NCBI GenBank assembly: GCA_003852775.1
Contig: RDDZ01000129.1
Span: forward strand, 2,857-66,856
Length of the DNA: 64,000 nt
From: Microbacteriaceae bacterium
Lineage (GTDB): Bacteria > Actinomycetota > Actinomycetes > Actinomycetales > Microbacteriaceae
Direction: 5' to 3'
The position numbers and the translations under genes are program-made. Positions within the stretch are counted from its first letter, which is position 1; the number at the start of each line of letters is the position of its first letter. Of this stretch, positions 45,568 through 55,632 are shown piece after piece. The notes below the pieces were generated by a model. It was not told the DNA's origin. It worked only from the letters and a program-made list of their open reading frames with translations, and made no database searches.

Positions 45568-47294
45568 GCGCGGCTCACCTCCTGCTCGGCGGTCGCCGCG
45601 TCGGTCTCCTGGGTCTCGACCCGCAGGTGGCCTGCGGCGATCGTCGCGTCGAGCATCCGCCCCAGCTCCTGGACGGTGCCCGCCGCGGCGATGAAGCGGT
45701 CGGGGCGCAGGATGAGCGCCGCCGTCGGACGGGTGTCGAACCACTTCTTGATGCGGCCGTCGACGTCACCGAGCACTTGGGCCCCCGGTGCGTCGTCCAC
45801 GAGCTGGGTCGCGGGACGGAGCCAGATGATGGCGGCCCCGAGCCGCTCGAGCTTCGCCCGCTGGGCCTCGTCGAGGTGGGCCAGCGGGTTGCTGCCCCAC
45901 GCGAGGACAGCCCAGCGGTAGCCGATGACGTCGTCGAGGCGGTGCTCAGCGCCGTCGACGGTGCGCACCCGCGGCTGGATGAACTGCGTGCCGACGGGTG
46001 ACGGGACGTCGCGGAAGTGCCGGTACGAGGTGAGCAGCTTCTTGCCCTCGAGGCGCGCCCGCGCCTCGCCCGGCGTCGCGTCGATGGGGTCGACGACGAC
46101 GCCGCGCGTGTACCGCGGCATCGGCTTGTACTTCATCTGCACGAAGTACTGCTTGACCGCGGGGACCGCGCCGAGCAGGCGCGCCGCCACATCGCGCAGC
46201 AGCACGACCGCCCGGTTGGTGGGCCTGACGAAGCGCCCGAAGGCCACCGAGATGCCGATCATCGCCTTGGCGTGGGGCTGACGCTCCACCGTGTAGGTGT
46301 CGAGCAGCGCATCGTCGGCCTCGCCGAGCACGACGGCCGAGAGCTTCCACGCGAGGTTGGTGGAGTCGCGCATCCCGCTGTTCCATCCCTGGCCCTGCCA
46401 TACCGGCATGAGGTGGGCGGCGTCACCCGCGATGAAGCAACGACCGGCGCGGAAGCTGCTCGCGATGCGCGAGTGGTGCGTGTAGACGCGCCGACGGATG
46501 ATCGACGCCTTCGACGGATCGGGCACGTGCGCCGCGAGGAGGCGCGCGATGAACGCGTCGTCCTCGGCGAGCTTCTCGTCCTCCTTGTCGAAGAGCATGA
46601 ACTCGAAGCGGCGCAGCCCGTGCGGAAGCGCGAGCGAGACGTAGGGGCGCTTGGGATCCCCGCCGACCCACACGTTCGGCAGACCGAGCGGATCGTCCTC
46701 CATGTCGATGACGATCCAGCGGGTCGACGGGGACTGCCCGTCGAACGCGACGCCCATGTGCTTGCGGGTGAAGCTCCGGCCGCCGTCCGCGCCGACGAGG
46801 TAGCGGCTGCGGAAGATGACGACCTCGTCGCCCGCGCGGACGTGCAGGTCGACGTGGTCGGCCTGGTCGTCGATGCGCTCGGCCTCGTGTGCGAAGTGCA
46901 CCTGGACGTGCGGGAAGCGTTCGAGTCCCTTGAGGAGCTCGCGGTCGACGGCCGGCTGCACGAAGGCGTTGCGACGCGACCAGCCGAACTCATCGGCAGC
47001 GGGGGCGATCGCCGCGAGGATCCGCCCGCGACCGTTGACGAGGTGCATGACGTGGTTGGGCGTCGTGTGCGGCAGCACGTCCTGGATGAGGCCCATCGTC
47101 TGGATCGAGCGGAGCGACTCGTCGTCGATGCCGACGCCGCGCGGGTAGTTGATGAGCTCGGGAAGCGCCTCGACGAGGTTGACGCTCACGCCGCGCAGTC
47201 CGAGCAGGTTGGCGATGGAGAGACCGGCCGGACCCGCCCCCACGATCGTGACGTCCGCCTCGCGGACGGACCCGCGGGTTGACGAGGAAGTCAT
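45564..47294 (-). CDS. mhpA: 3-(3-hydroxyphenyl)propionate/3-hydroxycinnamate hydroxylase-type FAD monooxygenase
   Basis: VTIVGAGPAGL, GRCFIAGDAAH, roughly 576 aa with a thioredoxin-like C-terminal domain; ATG at 47294 behind GAAAGG. Confidence 0.8.
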   Translation of the reverse strand: MTSSSTRGSVREADVTIVGAGPAGLSIANLLGLRGVSVNLVEALPELINYPRGVGIDDESLRSIQTMGLIQDVLPHTTPNHVMHLVNGRGRILAAIAPAADEFGWSRRNAFVQPAVDRELLKGLERFPHVQVHFAHEAERIDDQADHVDLHVRAGDEVVIFRSRYLVGADGGRSFTRKHMGVAFDGQSPSTRWIVIDMEDDPLGLPNVWVGGDPKRPYVSLALPHGLRRFEFMLFDKEDEKLAEDDAFIARLLAAHVPDPSKASIIRRRVYTHHSRIASSFRAGRCFIAGDAAHLMPVWQGQGWNSGMRDSTNLAWKLSAVVLGEADDALLDTYTVERQPHAKAMIGISVAFGRFVRPTNRAVVLLRDVAARLLGAVPAVKQYFVQMKYKPMPRYTRGVVVDPIDATPGEARARLEGKKLLTSYRHFRDVPSPVGTQFIQPRVRTVDGAEHRLDDVIGYRWAVLAWGSNPLAHLDEAQRAKLERLGAAIIWLRPATQLVDDAPGAQVLGDVDGRIKKWFDTRPTAALILRPDRFIAAAGTVQELGRMLDATIAAGHLRVETQETDAATAEQEVSRA

Positions 47295-47318
47295 CGTTGA
47301 CCTTTCGACGTTCAATTA

Positions 47319-47336
47319 GTGAACACCGTGGTTCAC
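47319..47336. promoter_or_regulatory. palindrome GTGAAC-N6-GTTCAC upstream of mhpA
   Basis: read directly, in an AT-enriched patch 25 nt upstream of the start. Confidence 0.5.
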
Positions 47337-47466
47337 ATGTTGTGAGATGGACGCTAGCGCGGACTGGCCGAGGCGTCAACAGGGACGTTCGGCGGCATCC
47401 GCCGGCATGCCGGGACGGCGCCGTGGGCACGGCGCACCCGGGAGACGGGTCGCGAGCGAAGGCCCG

Positions 47467-48174
47467 TCAGGCGGACTGCTCGACCGACTCGGCGAGCCGG
47501 GCGCAGGCGGCGAGCGCGGGATCGAGTGCGGCGTCGAGCACCTCGGGACGGTTGCTCACCATGTTGATGCAGCAGTCGATCCCCGAGATCTGCAGCGGGA
47601 TCGCGAGACCGTGCAGGTTGGGCTCCACCTCGCCGAAAGTGCGCGCGTAGCCGCGCGCCCGGGCGTCCTTCACGCGGTCGGAGTCGGAGTCGCGCGGCGG
47701 CTCGAGCACCCGGAGCGCGAGACCCGCGGCGCCGCGGTCGATCACGTGCCGGTCACCCACCTGGAAGCCCATGCGGAAACCCTGCCGCGCCGACTCGACG
47801 ACCGTGAGCGCCACCGCGTCGTCGCCCTCGCGGACGAAGAGCGACACGGTCGCGCCGACCTCGTCGGCGAGCGCCGCGAGATGGGGCTTCACCGCGATGC
47901 TCAAGGCGGAGAGGCCTCCCTCGGCGAGGCTCACGAGCCCGACCGCCCCACGGAACCGGCCGTCCGGTCCGCGGGCGATGAGGCGCGCATCCGCGAGCGC
48001 CGCGAGGATGCGGTTGGCGATCGAACGATGCACCCCGAGATACTCGGCGAGCTCCGCGATGCTCGTGCCCGTCGGCGAGAGCGCCACCGCGCGGAGGGCG
48101 CGGAGACCGCGGACGAGCGTCTGTGCTCCGAGTGTCGAGGACGACGTCTGCTGCTGGCCCTGCTCCACGGTCAT
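47467..48174 (-). CDS. IclR-family regulator (MhpR-like by context)
   Basis: wHTH SIAELAEYLGVHRSIANRILAAL plus an IclR effector domain. Confidence 0.85.
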   Translation of the reverse strand: MTVEQGQQQTSSSTLGAQTLVRGLRALRAVALSPTGTSIAELAEYLGVHRSIANRILAALADARLIARGPDGRFRGAVGLVSLAEGGLSALSIAVKPHLAALADEVGATVSLFVREGDDAVALTVVESARQGFRMGFQVGDRHVIDRGAAGLALRVLEPPRDSDSDRVKDARARGYARTFGEVEPNLHGLAIPLQISGIDCCINMVSNRPEVLDAALDPALAACARLAESVEQSA

Positions 48175-48223
48175 CACTCGATGATAGGACCGCGGAAGGG
48201 GCCGAAATGAGGACTTGCCACGA

Positions 48224-49120
48224 TTACTCCTCACCTCCGAGGAAGGCGGTCACGAGGTCGTTGAAGCGCTCCCACTGCTCCCACTGGGGCCAGTGCCCCG
48301 CGTCCTCGATGAGCTCGAACCGGCCCTGCGGGATCTGCTCGGCCATGTGGATGCCGGCTCCCGCGGGCCCGGACGGGTCGTCGCTCGTCCAGACGACGAG
48401 CGTGGGGGCCGAGATGGCCTGCAGCTCCTCGTCGGTGATGAGGTTCCGCCGGCGGATCTCCGGGTCCTGCAGGCACAGGATGTGCCGCATCGACTCGGCG
48501 AACCCCGGCCGCGCGTAGATCCCCTGCCGGATGTCGATGAGCTCCTCTGTCACGGACTCGGGATGCGCCATGAGCCACTCCAGGCGCGAGCGGACGCGGT
48601 CCCGGCTCGGGTCGTCCGCCGCCGCCTGGCTCAGCTCGCGGATGCGCGCCATTACCTCGGGACGCGCCATCGTGCCGCCCGGCGTGTTGAGCACGAGCCG
48701 GATGACGCGGTCGGGGTGCGCGGCCGCGAACTTGACGGCGACCCACCCGCCGAGCGACTCGCCGCTGAGGTGGGCGCGCTGCACCCCGAAGGCGTCCATG
48801 AGCGCCGCGAGGTGCTCCACGTACTCGGGCAGCTCGAGGTCGTGGTCGGTGAGCGTCGTGTAGCCGTGCCCCGGGTAGTCGTAGGCGACGACCCGGAACC
48901 GGGCCGCCAGGGCGGCGACGTTCCGCGTGTAGGCCTCGAGGTGCCCGCCCGTGCCGGGGAGCAGGAAGACGGTCTCCTCCCCCTCGCCCGCGATCAGGCA
49001 GCGGGTGCGCCACCCGCCGGCGTCGACGTACTCGACGCGGTGCGCCAGGGCTCCCAGCTCGCCCCATGCGGTCGGGCGCGGACGCGGCTGGACGTTCAGG
49101 TCTCCGATGACGGCGCTCAC
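48224..49120 (-). CDS. mhpC: meta-cleavage product (C-C bond) hydrolase, alpha/beta fold
   Basis: nucleophile elbow GESLGG; C-terminal HWPQWE; GTGA overlap with the upstream stop. Confidence 0.8.
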   Translation of the reverse strand: MSAVIGDLNVQPRPRPTAWGELGALAHRVEYVDAGGWRTRCLIAGEGEETVFLLPGTGGHLEAYTRNVAALAARFRVVAYDYPGHGYTTLTDHDLELPEYVEHLAALMDAFGVQRAHLSGESLGGWVAVKFAAAHPDRVIRLVLNTPGGTMARPEVMARIRELSQAAADDPSRDRVRSRLEWLMAHPESVTEELIDIRQGIYARPGFAESMRHILCLQDPEIRRRNLITDEELQAISAPTLVVWTSDDPSGPAGAGIHMAEQIPQGRFELIEDAGHWPQWEQWERFNDLVTAFLGGEE

Positions 49121-49836
49121 GATCGCGCCTCCTCTCCCAGATAGATGTCGCGGAAGATCGACCAGTCGGCGACGTCGGCGACGCGCTCGTCGAGCGCGAC
49201 GCGGCCGTGGTCGAGCACCGCGACGCGGTCGGCGATCGCGAGCGAGTTGTCGACGAGCTGCTCCACGAGCACGACGCACAGCCCCTCGTCGCGCAGTCGC
49301 GCCACCTCGCCGAACACCTCCTGCACGATCGCGGGCGCGAGGCCCGCCGACGGCTCGTCGAGCAGCAGCACGCGCGGTTCGAGCATGAGGGCCTGGGCGA
49401 TCGCGAGCATCTGCTGCTGCCCGCCCGACAGGAGCCCCGCCGCGAGGTTCCGCTTCTCGCCGAGGATCGGGAAGCGCGCGTACGCCGCCTCGAGCCCCTG
49501 CGCGATGTAGCCGCGACGCCGCCGGTGGACGTACCCCCCGATGCGGAGGTTCTCCTCCACGGTGCGGGCGCGGAAGACGCGCTTGCCCTCCTGCACGAGC
49601 GCGATGCCGGCGCGGGCGCGGGCGTACGCCGGACCCGTGATGGCCTGCCCGTCGTACTCGACCGTCCCGGTCGAGCCGATGAGCCCCACCACAGCCGACA
49701 GCAGGGTCGTCTTCCCTGCGCCGTTGCGCCCGAGCACCGCCGTGATCTGCCCGGAGGGGCAGTCGAGGCTCAGGTCGCGGATGACCTGGATCTGGCCGTA
49801 CCCGGTCGACAGTCCGCGGATCGAGAGTCCGCTCAT
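49117..49836 (-). CDS. LivF-type ABC ATPase
   Basis: GRNGAGKTT, LSGGQQQMLAIA, LLLDEPSAGLAP. Confidence 0.9.
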   Translation of the reverse strand: MSGLSIRGLSTGYGQIQVIRDLSLDCPSGQITAVLGRNGAGKTTLLSAVVGLIGSTGTVEYDGQAITGPAYARARAGIALVQEGKRVFRARTVEENLRIGGYVHRRRRGYIAQGLEAAYARFPILGEKRNLAAGLLSGGQQQMLAIAQALMLEPRVLLLDEPSAGLAPAIVQEVFGEVARLRDEGLCVVLVEQLVDNSLAIADRVAVLDHGRVALDERVADVADWSIFRDIYLGEEARS

Positions 49837-51635
49837 CGCTCCTCCTCCCGGGCGCCGAGGGCCGTGCCCAGATAGACCTCGGTCACGCGCGGATCGGAGC
49901 GCACGTGATCCGGGTCGCCCTCCGACACGATGCGCCCTGTGTCGAGCACGTAGACGTGGTCGGAGACCGACATGACCATCTCGAAGTTGTGCTCGACGAG
50001 CACGATCGTCGCCCCCGACGCACGCAGCTTGCGGATGAGGGCGGCGAGCTCGGCGACCTCCCCCTCGTCGAGTCCGGAGGCGGGCTCGTCGAGCAGCACG
50101 AGCTTCGCGTCGGCCGCAAGCGCGCGGGCAACCTCCACGAGGCGGCGCGTGCCGAGCGGGAGGGAACTCGCCTCGACGTCGGCGAGATGGGCGATGTCGA
50201 GCAGCGCGAGCAGCTCGAGCGCCTGCGCGCGGTGCCGACGGCGGGTGCGCGCGAAGCCCGGCAGGCGCAGGATCGACGACGCGAGCGTCACGCCGTGCGC
50301 GCTCTGCATGGCGATCGCGATCGTCTCGACGACCGACAGACCTTGCGGGATGATCGGCGTCTGGAAGGTGCGGGCCACGCCGCGGCGCGCGATCCGGTGC
50401 GGCTGGAGCGTCGTGAGATCGTCGCCGCCCAGGCGGATCGTCCCCTCGTCGGGTCGGTAGAAGCCCGAGACGACGTTGAGCAGCGTCGTCTTACCCGAGC
50501 CGTTCGGTCCGATGAGCCCCGTGACCGTGCCCTCGGCGAAGGTCACGCTCACGTCGTTGAGCGCCGTGTTGCCCCCGAACCTCTTGACGAGGCCCTTCAC
50601 CTCGAGGGTCTCGCCGCGAAGGCGCGAGATGAGGTCGTCCGAGGGGACCGCGGCCTGCGCGTCGGGCAGCACCTCGTCGCGGACGAGGTACCGCCGGACG
50701 AGCTTGCGCGCGAGACCGGCGATGCCACCCGAGAAGAACAGCGCGCCGACCAGGAGGATGAGACCGAAGATGATGAGCGAGTACTGCTGCAGGCCCGTGG
50801 CGCGCAGCGGTCCGATCACCATGATCGCCGCGCCGACGACCGCGCCGTAGATGCTCGCGCTCCCGCCGATGATCGTCGCCGCGAGGATGACGATCGCCAT
50901 CGACAGCCCGAACGAGGTCGGCGAGATGTAGCCGTCCTGGTAGGCGAAGAGCGCGCCCGCGACGCCCGCCGGGGCCGCACCGATGAGGTACGCCGTGAGC
51001 TTGAGCCTCGTGACCGAGAAACCGAGCGACCGGGCGAGCACGGGGCTCGTGTGCATCACCCGCAGCGCCTGGCCGTGGGGCGAGACGATGAAGTTGCGGA
51101 TGACGACGAAGAACACGATCGTGACAGCCACCACGAGCGTGTAGTAGCCGGTCGTGCTGAGGCGCGCCCCGAACAGCACGGGGAGCGGGATGCCGGTGAG
51201 GCCCGACGGCCCGCCCGTGTGCTCCGTGAGGAGCGTGACGACGTCGGGCACGAGCAGCACGAGGAAGAACGTGACCATCGCCATCGACCACGAGCCGAGC
51301 CGCAGGCCGGGGATGCCGGTCAGCAGGCCGACGACCGCCGCTGCGACGAGCGCCACGAGCACGGTGATCGAGAGGTCGAAGCCCTGGATCGCGAGGTAGC
51401 CCGCGAGGTAGGCGCCGACCGCGTAGAACGCCGCCTGGCCGAGGGCGAGTTCGCCGCTGTAGCCGAACGTGACGTTGAGGCCGACCACGAGGAGCGCGAG
51501 GAGGCAGATCGAGACGATGATCCGCAGAACCGCGGGCGCCGTGCCGAGGTACGGCAGCGCGAGCACGACGGCCCCGAGCGCGAGCGGGATGATCCAGAGG
51601 GGCGCGGTGAGGTAGCGCCGGAGACTCATGCGCAT
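49833..51635 (-). CDS. fused LivM-type permease and LivG-type ATPase
   Basis: roughly 330-aa permease followed by GPNGSGKTT ... LLDEPASGL in one ORF. Confidence 0.85.
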   Translation of the reverse strand: MRMSLRRYLTAPLWIIPLALGAVVLALPYLGTAPAVLRIIVSICLLALLVVGLNVTFGYSGELALGQAAFYAVGAYLAGYLAIQGFDLSITVLVALVAAAVVGLLTGIPGLRLGSWSMAMVTFFLVLLVPDVVTLLTEHTGGPSGLTGIPLPVLFGARLSTTGYYTLVVAVTIVFFVVIRNFIVSPHGQALRVMHTSPVLARSLGFSVTRLKLTAYLIGAAPAGVAGALFAYQDGYISPTSFGLSMAIVILAATIIGGSASIYGAVVGAAIMVIGPLRATGLQQYSLIIFGLILLVGALFFSGGIAGLARKLVRRYLVRDEVLPDAQAAVPSDDLISRLRGETLEVKGLVKRFGGNTALNDVSVTFAEGTVTGLIGPNGSGKTTLLNVVSGFYRPDEGTIRLGGDDLTTLQPHRIARRGVARTFQTPIIPQGLSVVETIAIAMQSAHGVTLASSILRLPGFARTRRRHRAQALELLALLDIAHLADVEASSLPLGTRRLVEVARALAADAKLVLLDEPASGLDEGEVAELAALIRKLRASGATIVLVEHNFEMVMSVSDHVYVLDTGRIVSEGDPDHVRSDPRVTEVYLGTALGAREEER

Positions 51636-52507
51636 CAGACGACCCTCTCCTGAGCCTTGCCGCGCGAGAACAGACCGTGCGGCAGGACGACGAGCACGAT
51701 GAGCAGCAGCACGAACACCGTGATGTTCTGCCAGTCGCTGCCGAGATAGCGCGCCGCGAACATCTCGAGGATGCCGACGATGCCGGCGGCGAGGAGCGAA
51801 CCGAGCATGCTGCCGAACCCGCCGAGCGCGAGGACGAGGAACGCCTTGACGGCGAGGCCCTCGCCGAGGTGGTAGGTCGCGTAGGTCTTGGTCGCGACGA
51901 GCGGGGCGACGGCCCCGACGAGTGCACCCGCGAGAGCGAACGCGCCGGTCGCGAGTCCGCGCACGTTGACGCCGCGCAGCATGGCCGCGTCGCGGTCCTC
52001 GGAGGTGGCGAGCGCGGTGAGCCCGATCGACGTGCGGGTGCTGAGCAGCCACATCCCGACGCCGACGACGATCGCGACGACGATGAGCGAGAGCTCGCCC
52101 ACCGTGACCCGGCCGCCGAGTACGTCGAGCACGCCGAACTCCTTGAGGTACGGCATGGCGCGGGGCTCCGAGCCCCACAGCACGAGAGCGATGCCGGAGA
52201 GGATCACGCCGATGCCGAGCGTCGTGACGAGCTCGTTGTGCGATCCCTTGCGCGCGAGGGGGCGCACGGCGATGAACTCCTCGACGGCGCCGATGAGCGC
52301 GCCGGCCACGGCGCACACGACGATCGCGACGCCGAGCGGCAGGTCGAAGCGCGAGGCCGCCTCGACGGCGATGAAGGTGCCGACCATGAGGATGTAGGCC
52401 TGCGCGAAGTTGAACACGCGTGTGCCGATGAAGACGATGTTGTACGCGATGGCGACGAGCGCGTACACGGCGCCGATCGAGAGACCGGCCCAGAGGGTTG
52501 TGACCAT
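51635..52507 (-). CDS. LivH-type ABC permease
   Basis: 290 aa, 8 TMS pattern. Confidence 0.85.
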   Translation of the reverse strand: MVTTLWAGLSIGAVYALVAIAYNIVFIGTRVFNFAQAYILMVGTFIAVEAASRFDLPLGVAIVVCAVAGALIGAVEEFIAVRPLARKGSHNELVTTLGIGVILSGIALVLWGSEPRAMPYLKEFGVLDVLGGRVTVGELSLIVVAIVVGVGMWLLSTRTSIGLTALATSEDRDAAMLRGVNVRGLATGAFALAGALVGAVAPLVATKTYATYHLGEGLAVKAFLVLALGGFGSMLGSLLAAGIVGILEMFAARYLGSDWQNITVFVLLLIVLVVLPHGLFSRGKAQERVV

Positions 52508-52580
52508 GTGAGGGCTTCCGGGTCGAGATGGATCGGATGGACCGCCGCCGGCCGCGGGGTGCGGCCGGCGGCGGGATCGG

Positions 52581-53801
52581 TCACTCGATGGACTCGATCG
52601 TTCCCTTCACCACCGGGCCGGGGCGCACGACGATGTAGGCGTCGGTGCCGACGTTCCGGAAGTGGTTCTCCGCCGTGTAGCTGTTGAACTCGGGGAAGGT
52701 GAGGTAGGGCGACTCGCCGGAGAGCGGCTCGAGGTTCTCGAGCGCCTCGGCCACGGCGGCGGCGTCCTTCGAACCGGCCTGCTCGACGGCCTGCTTCACG
52801 ACGTAGAGGCCGTCCCACAGGTGCGTGTAGAGCTGCATGAGCTGGTCGAACGAGCTGCCGCGCTTCTCGAGCTCGCTCGTCAGGTACTCGAACGCGGTCG
52901 TCCCCGTCACCTTGCGCTCCGCCGTGTTGATGGGGAACACGCGCAGGTACAGGTTGTTCCAATCGGCCTCGCTCGAGATGAGGGCGAGGTTGTTGCCGTT
53001 GCCGAGTCCGCCGTCGCCGTAGGTCGGGATGTCCCAGCCGAGCTTCGTGCGGCTCTCGAGCGCGTAGCCGGAGGCGCTTCCGTAGCCCTGGATGATGAGG
53101 GCGTCGGGGTTGCCCGCCTGCAGGCGCTGCAGCTGCGCGGTCATGTCGAGGTCGGTCGGCGCGTACGCCTCCTGCACGAGCTCGAAGCCCTTGCCGGGGA
53201 GCTCGGCGGCGAACGCCTCGGCGATGCTCTGGCCGAGCGCGTCGTTGGCGCCGAGGTACGCGATCTTCGTGTACCCCTCGTCGGCGAAGAGCTCGGCCGC
53301 CGCCTGCGGGTCGAGCGCGACGACGGGGTTGGTGCCGAACGCGTACGGGTACGTGGCGGGGTCGTTGATCGCGTTAGCGTAGGTGGTACCGATCGAGAGG
53401 ATCTCGTTGCGGGTCAGGAGCGGCAGCATGGCGAGGGTGACGGCGCTCGAGACGCCGTGGATGACGAGGTCGGGCGCCTCCTTGTCGATCTGCTCCTGGA
53501 GCAGCGTGACCGCCTTGGTCGGGTCGAGTTGATCGTCCACGATGATGAGCTCGACCTGCTCGCCGGCGATGCCGCCGTTCGCGTTGATCGAGTCGACCGC
53601 GATCTCGAGGCTCTCCTGCTGGGCCTTCGACGACCCGGCGAGAGCTCCCGTGAGCGACAGGCTCGCGTAGACGGTGTAGGTGCCGCCGGACGCTTCGCCA
53701 CCGGTGCCACCGGTGCCGCCGTCGTCCGCCGCGCAGCCGGTCAGCACGAGGGCTGCGGCTGTGGTGAGGGCCACCGCGGGCCCCAGGATCTTCGAAACCA
53801 C
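52581..53801 (-). CDS. Liv-type (type I periplasmic) substrate-binding lipoprotein
   Basis: lipobox LTGCAADD; 406 aa. Confidence 0.85.
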   Translation of the reverse strand: MVSKILGPAVALTTAAALVLTGCAADDGGTGGTGGEASGGTYTVYASLSLTGALAGSSKAQQESLEIAVDSINANGGIAGEQVELIIVDDQLDPTKAVTLLQEQIDKEAPDLVIHGVSSAVTLAMLPLLTRNEILSIGTTYANAINDPATYPYAFGTNPVVALDPQAAAELFADEGYTKIAYLGANDALGQSIAEAFAAELPGKGFELVQEAYAPTDLDMTAQLQRLQAGNPDALIIQGYGSASGYALESRTKLGWDIPTYGDGGLGNGNNLALISSEADWNNLYLRVFPINTAERKVTGTTAFEYLTSELEKRGSSFDQLMQLYTHLWDGLYVVKQAVEQAGSKDAAAVAEALENLEPLSGESPYLTFPEFNSYTAENHFRNVGTDAYIVVRPGPVVKGTIESIE

Positions 53802-53934
53802 GTTGTTCCTTCCGATTGGATTCGCGCTTCGTTGCGCCGGTTCCCCCTTGGTGCGGGGTGCCGATCTCTCACGAACGCGTGAGGCTGCTCGGCCTTGACA
53901 GCATGACCCACGCTCACCACACTCGTCAATATGT

Positions 53935-53948
53935 GAACGTCGATGTTC
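53935..53948. promoter_or_regulatory. palindrome GAAC-N6-GTTC upstream of the flavoprotein gene
   Basis: read directly, 34 nt upstream of the ATG at 53982. Confidence 0.4.
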
Positions 53949-53981
53949 GCAAAATGACCACAGGGCGCAAAGGAGCTTCCG

Positions 53982-55595
53982 ATGTCACACCCCGACCTTC
54001 CCGATTTCGATGAGACGTTCGACGTCGTCATCGTGGGCTCCGGAGCGGGAGGTCTGAGCGCCGCCGCGATCGCGGCCGAAGGGGGCGCCTCCGTCCTCGT
54101 GCTCGAGAAGGCGGCGCGGATCGGCGGGACGACCCGCAAATCCGCGGCCGCACTGTGGATCCCCGGCAACCGCTTCATGCGCGAGGCCGGCATCGACGAC
54201 CGCCCCGAGGACGTCGTCCGCTTCCTCGCGCGCATCGGACGCCCCGCGCTCTACGACCCGAACGCCCCGCGCTTCGGGCTCCCGCAGTGGGAGTACGACA
54301 TGCTCATCACGTTCTGCGAGAACGCCGCGACGGCGCAGGACGAGCTCGAGCGCGTCGGCGCGATGTGGCTCGCCCCGTCACCCTTCGGCATCTCCGACTA
54401 CCAGGGGCACCGCCCCGAGAACCTCAACCCCGTCGGCCGCACGCTCTACGAGGCCGAGACCCTCGGCGCGGCCAACGGGGGCCAGGTGCTCGTCGACCGG
54501 CTCGCCGCGGGCGCCGAGGCGCACGGCGCCGTCATCCGCGTCGAGCACGAGGTCGAGGACGTCGTCCTCGGCGAGGACGGCGCGGTCGTCGGCCTCGAGG
54601 TGCGCACGCCCGGCGGGCAGGTCCGCATCCGGGCACGTGCGGGAGTGATCTTCGCGAGCGGCGGATTCACCCACAACCCCGAGTACCGCGTGCAGTTCCT
54701 CAACGGCCCCTTCATGGGCGGCTGCGCGGCGCCGACCAACACGGGTGACTTCCTCCGCATCGGCATGCAGCTCGGCGTCGAGCTCGGCGACCTCTCGGAG
54801 GCGTGGACGGTCGCGATCAACACGGAGCGTATGGAGCGTGAACCCGACACCTTCATGTCGAGCTTCTACGTGCTCGGCGACGGCATGATCGAGGTCAACC
54901 GCTCGGGGCGCCGCGTCGTGAACGAGAAGGCGCCCTACAACGAGCACGGCCGCGTGATGTCGGACTGGGACCCCGTCGAGCTGCGTTACCCCAACATGCC
55001 GCTCATCGCGATCTGGGACCAGCAGGTCGCCGACCGCTGGGGCATCGACCGCTTCGGCAACCCCGTGCCCGCCCCCGACGCGGACCCCTACTGGGTGGTC
55101 TCGGGCGACAGCCTCGAGGAGCTCGCGGAGGCGATCGACGCCAAGCTCGTCGAGCTGGGGCCGCGCACGGGCAACGCGCGCCTCGACGCGGACTTCGTCG
55201 AGAACCTGCGTGCGACCATCGAGCGGTATGGCGAGCTCGCCGACGCGGGCGTCGACACCGACTTCCGCCGCGGCGACACGCAGTTCGAGCGCTACGTCTC
55301 CAGCCGCTTCGGTGACGGCGACGGCCCCAACCCTCTCATGCGACGTCTGGACACGAGCGGGCGGCTGTACGCCTCCGTGCTCGCGCTCGGCACGCTCGAC
55401 ACCAAGGGCGGACCGCGCACCACGCCGCACCGCGAGGTCCTGCGGCCCGACGGCTCGACCATCCCCGGCCTGTACGCGGTCGGCAACTGCGCCGCCTCGG
55501 CCACCGGCCAGGGCTACCCGGCGGCGGGCGCGACGCTCGGCCCGATCGTGACCGAGGGCTACCTGGCCGCGAAGCGCGTGCTCTCGCGGATCTGA
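53982..55595 (+). CDS. FAD-dependent oxidoreductase (KstD / fumarate-reductase flavoprotein-like)
   Basis: DVVIVGSGAGGLSAA and C-terminal GLYAVGNCA. Confidence 0.8.
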   Translation: MSHPDLPDFDETFDVVIVGSGAGGLSAAAIAAEGGASVLVLEKAARIGGTTRKSAAALWIPGNRFMREAGIDDRPEDVVRFLARIGRPALYDPNAPRFGLPQWEYDMLITFCENAATAQDELERVGAMWLAPSPFGISDYQGHRPENLNPVGRTLYEAETLGAANGGQVLVDRLAAGAEAHGAVIRVEHEVEDVVLGEDGAVVGLEVRTPGGQVRIRARAGVIFASGGFTHNPEYRVQFLNGPFMGGCAAPTNTGDFLRIGMQLGVELGDLSEAWTVAINTERMEREPDTFMSSFYVLGDGMIEVNRSGRRVVNEKAPYNEHGRVMSDWDPVELRYPNMPLIAIWDQQVADRWGIDRFGNPVPAPDADPYWVVSGDSLEELAEAIDAKLVELGPRTGNARLDADFVENLRATIERYGELADAGVDTDFRRGDTQFERYVSSRFGDGDGPNPLMRRLDTSGRLYASVLALGTLDTKGGPRTTPHREVLRPDGSTIPGLYAVGNCAASATGQGYPAAGATLGPIVTEGYLAAKRVLSRI

Positions 55596-55632
55596 CCTCC
55601 CCGGCGCGGGGGCACCGGTGCAGGATGGTCGC

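Noticed and set aside
49833-51635. The LivM-LivG permease-ATPase fusion as a novelty.
   Set aside because: Such fused permease/ATP-binding genes are commonly annotated in Actinobacteria. The junction is in-frame with normal motifs, so it is treated as ordinary.
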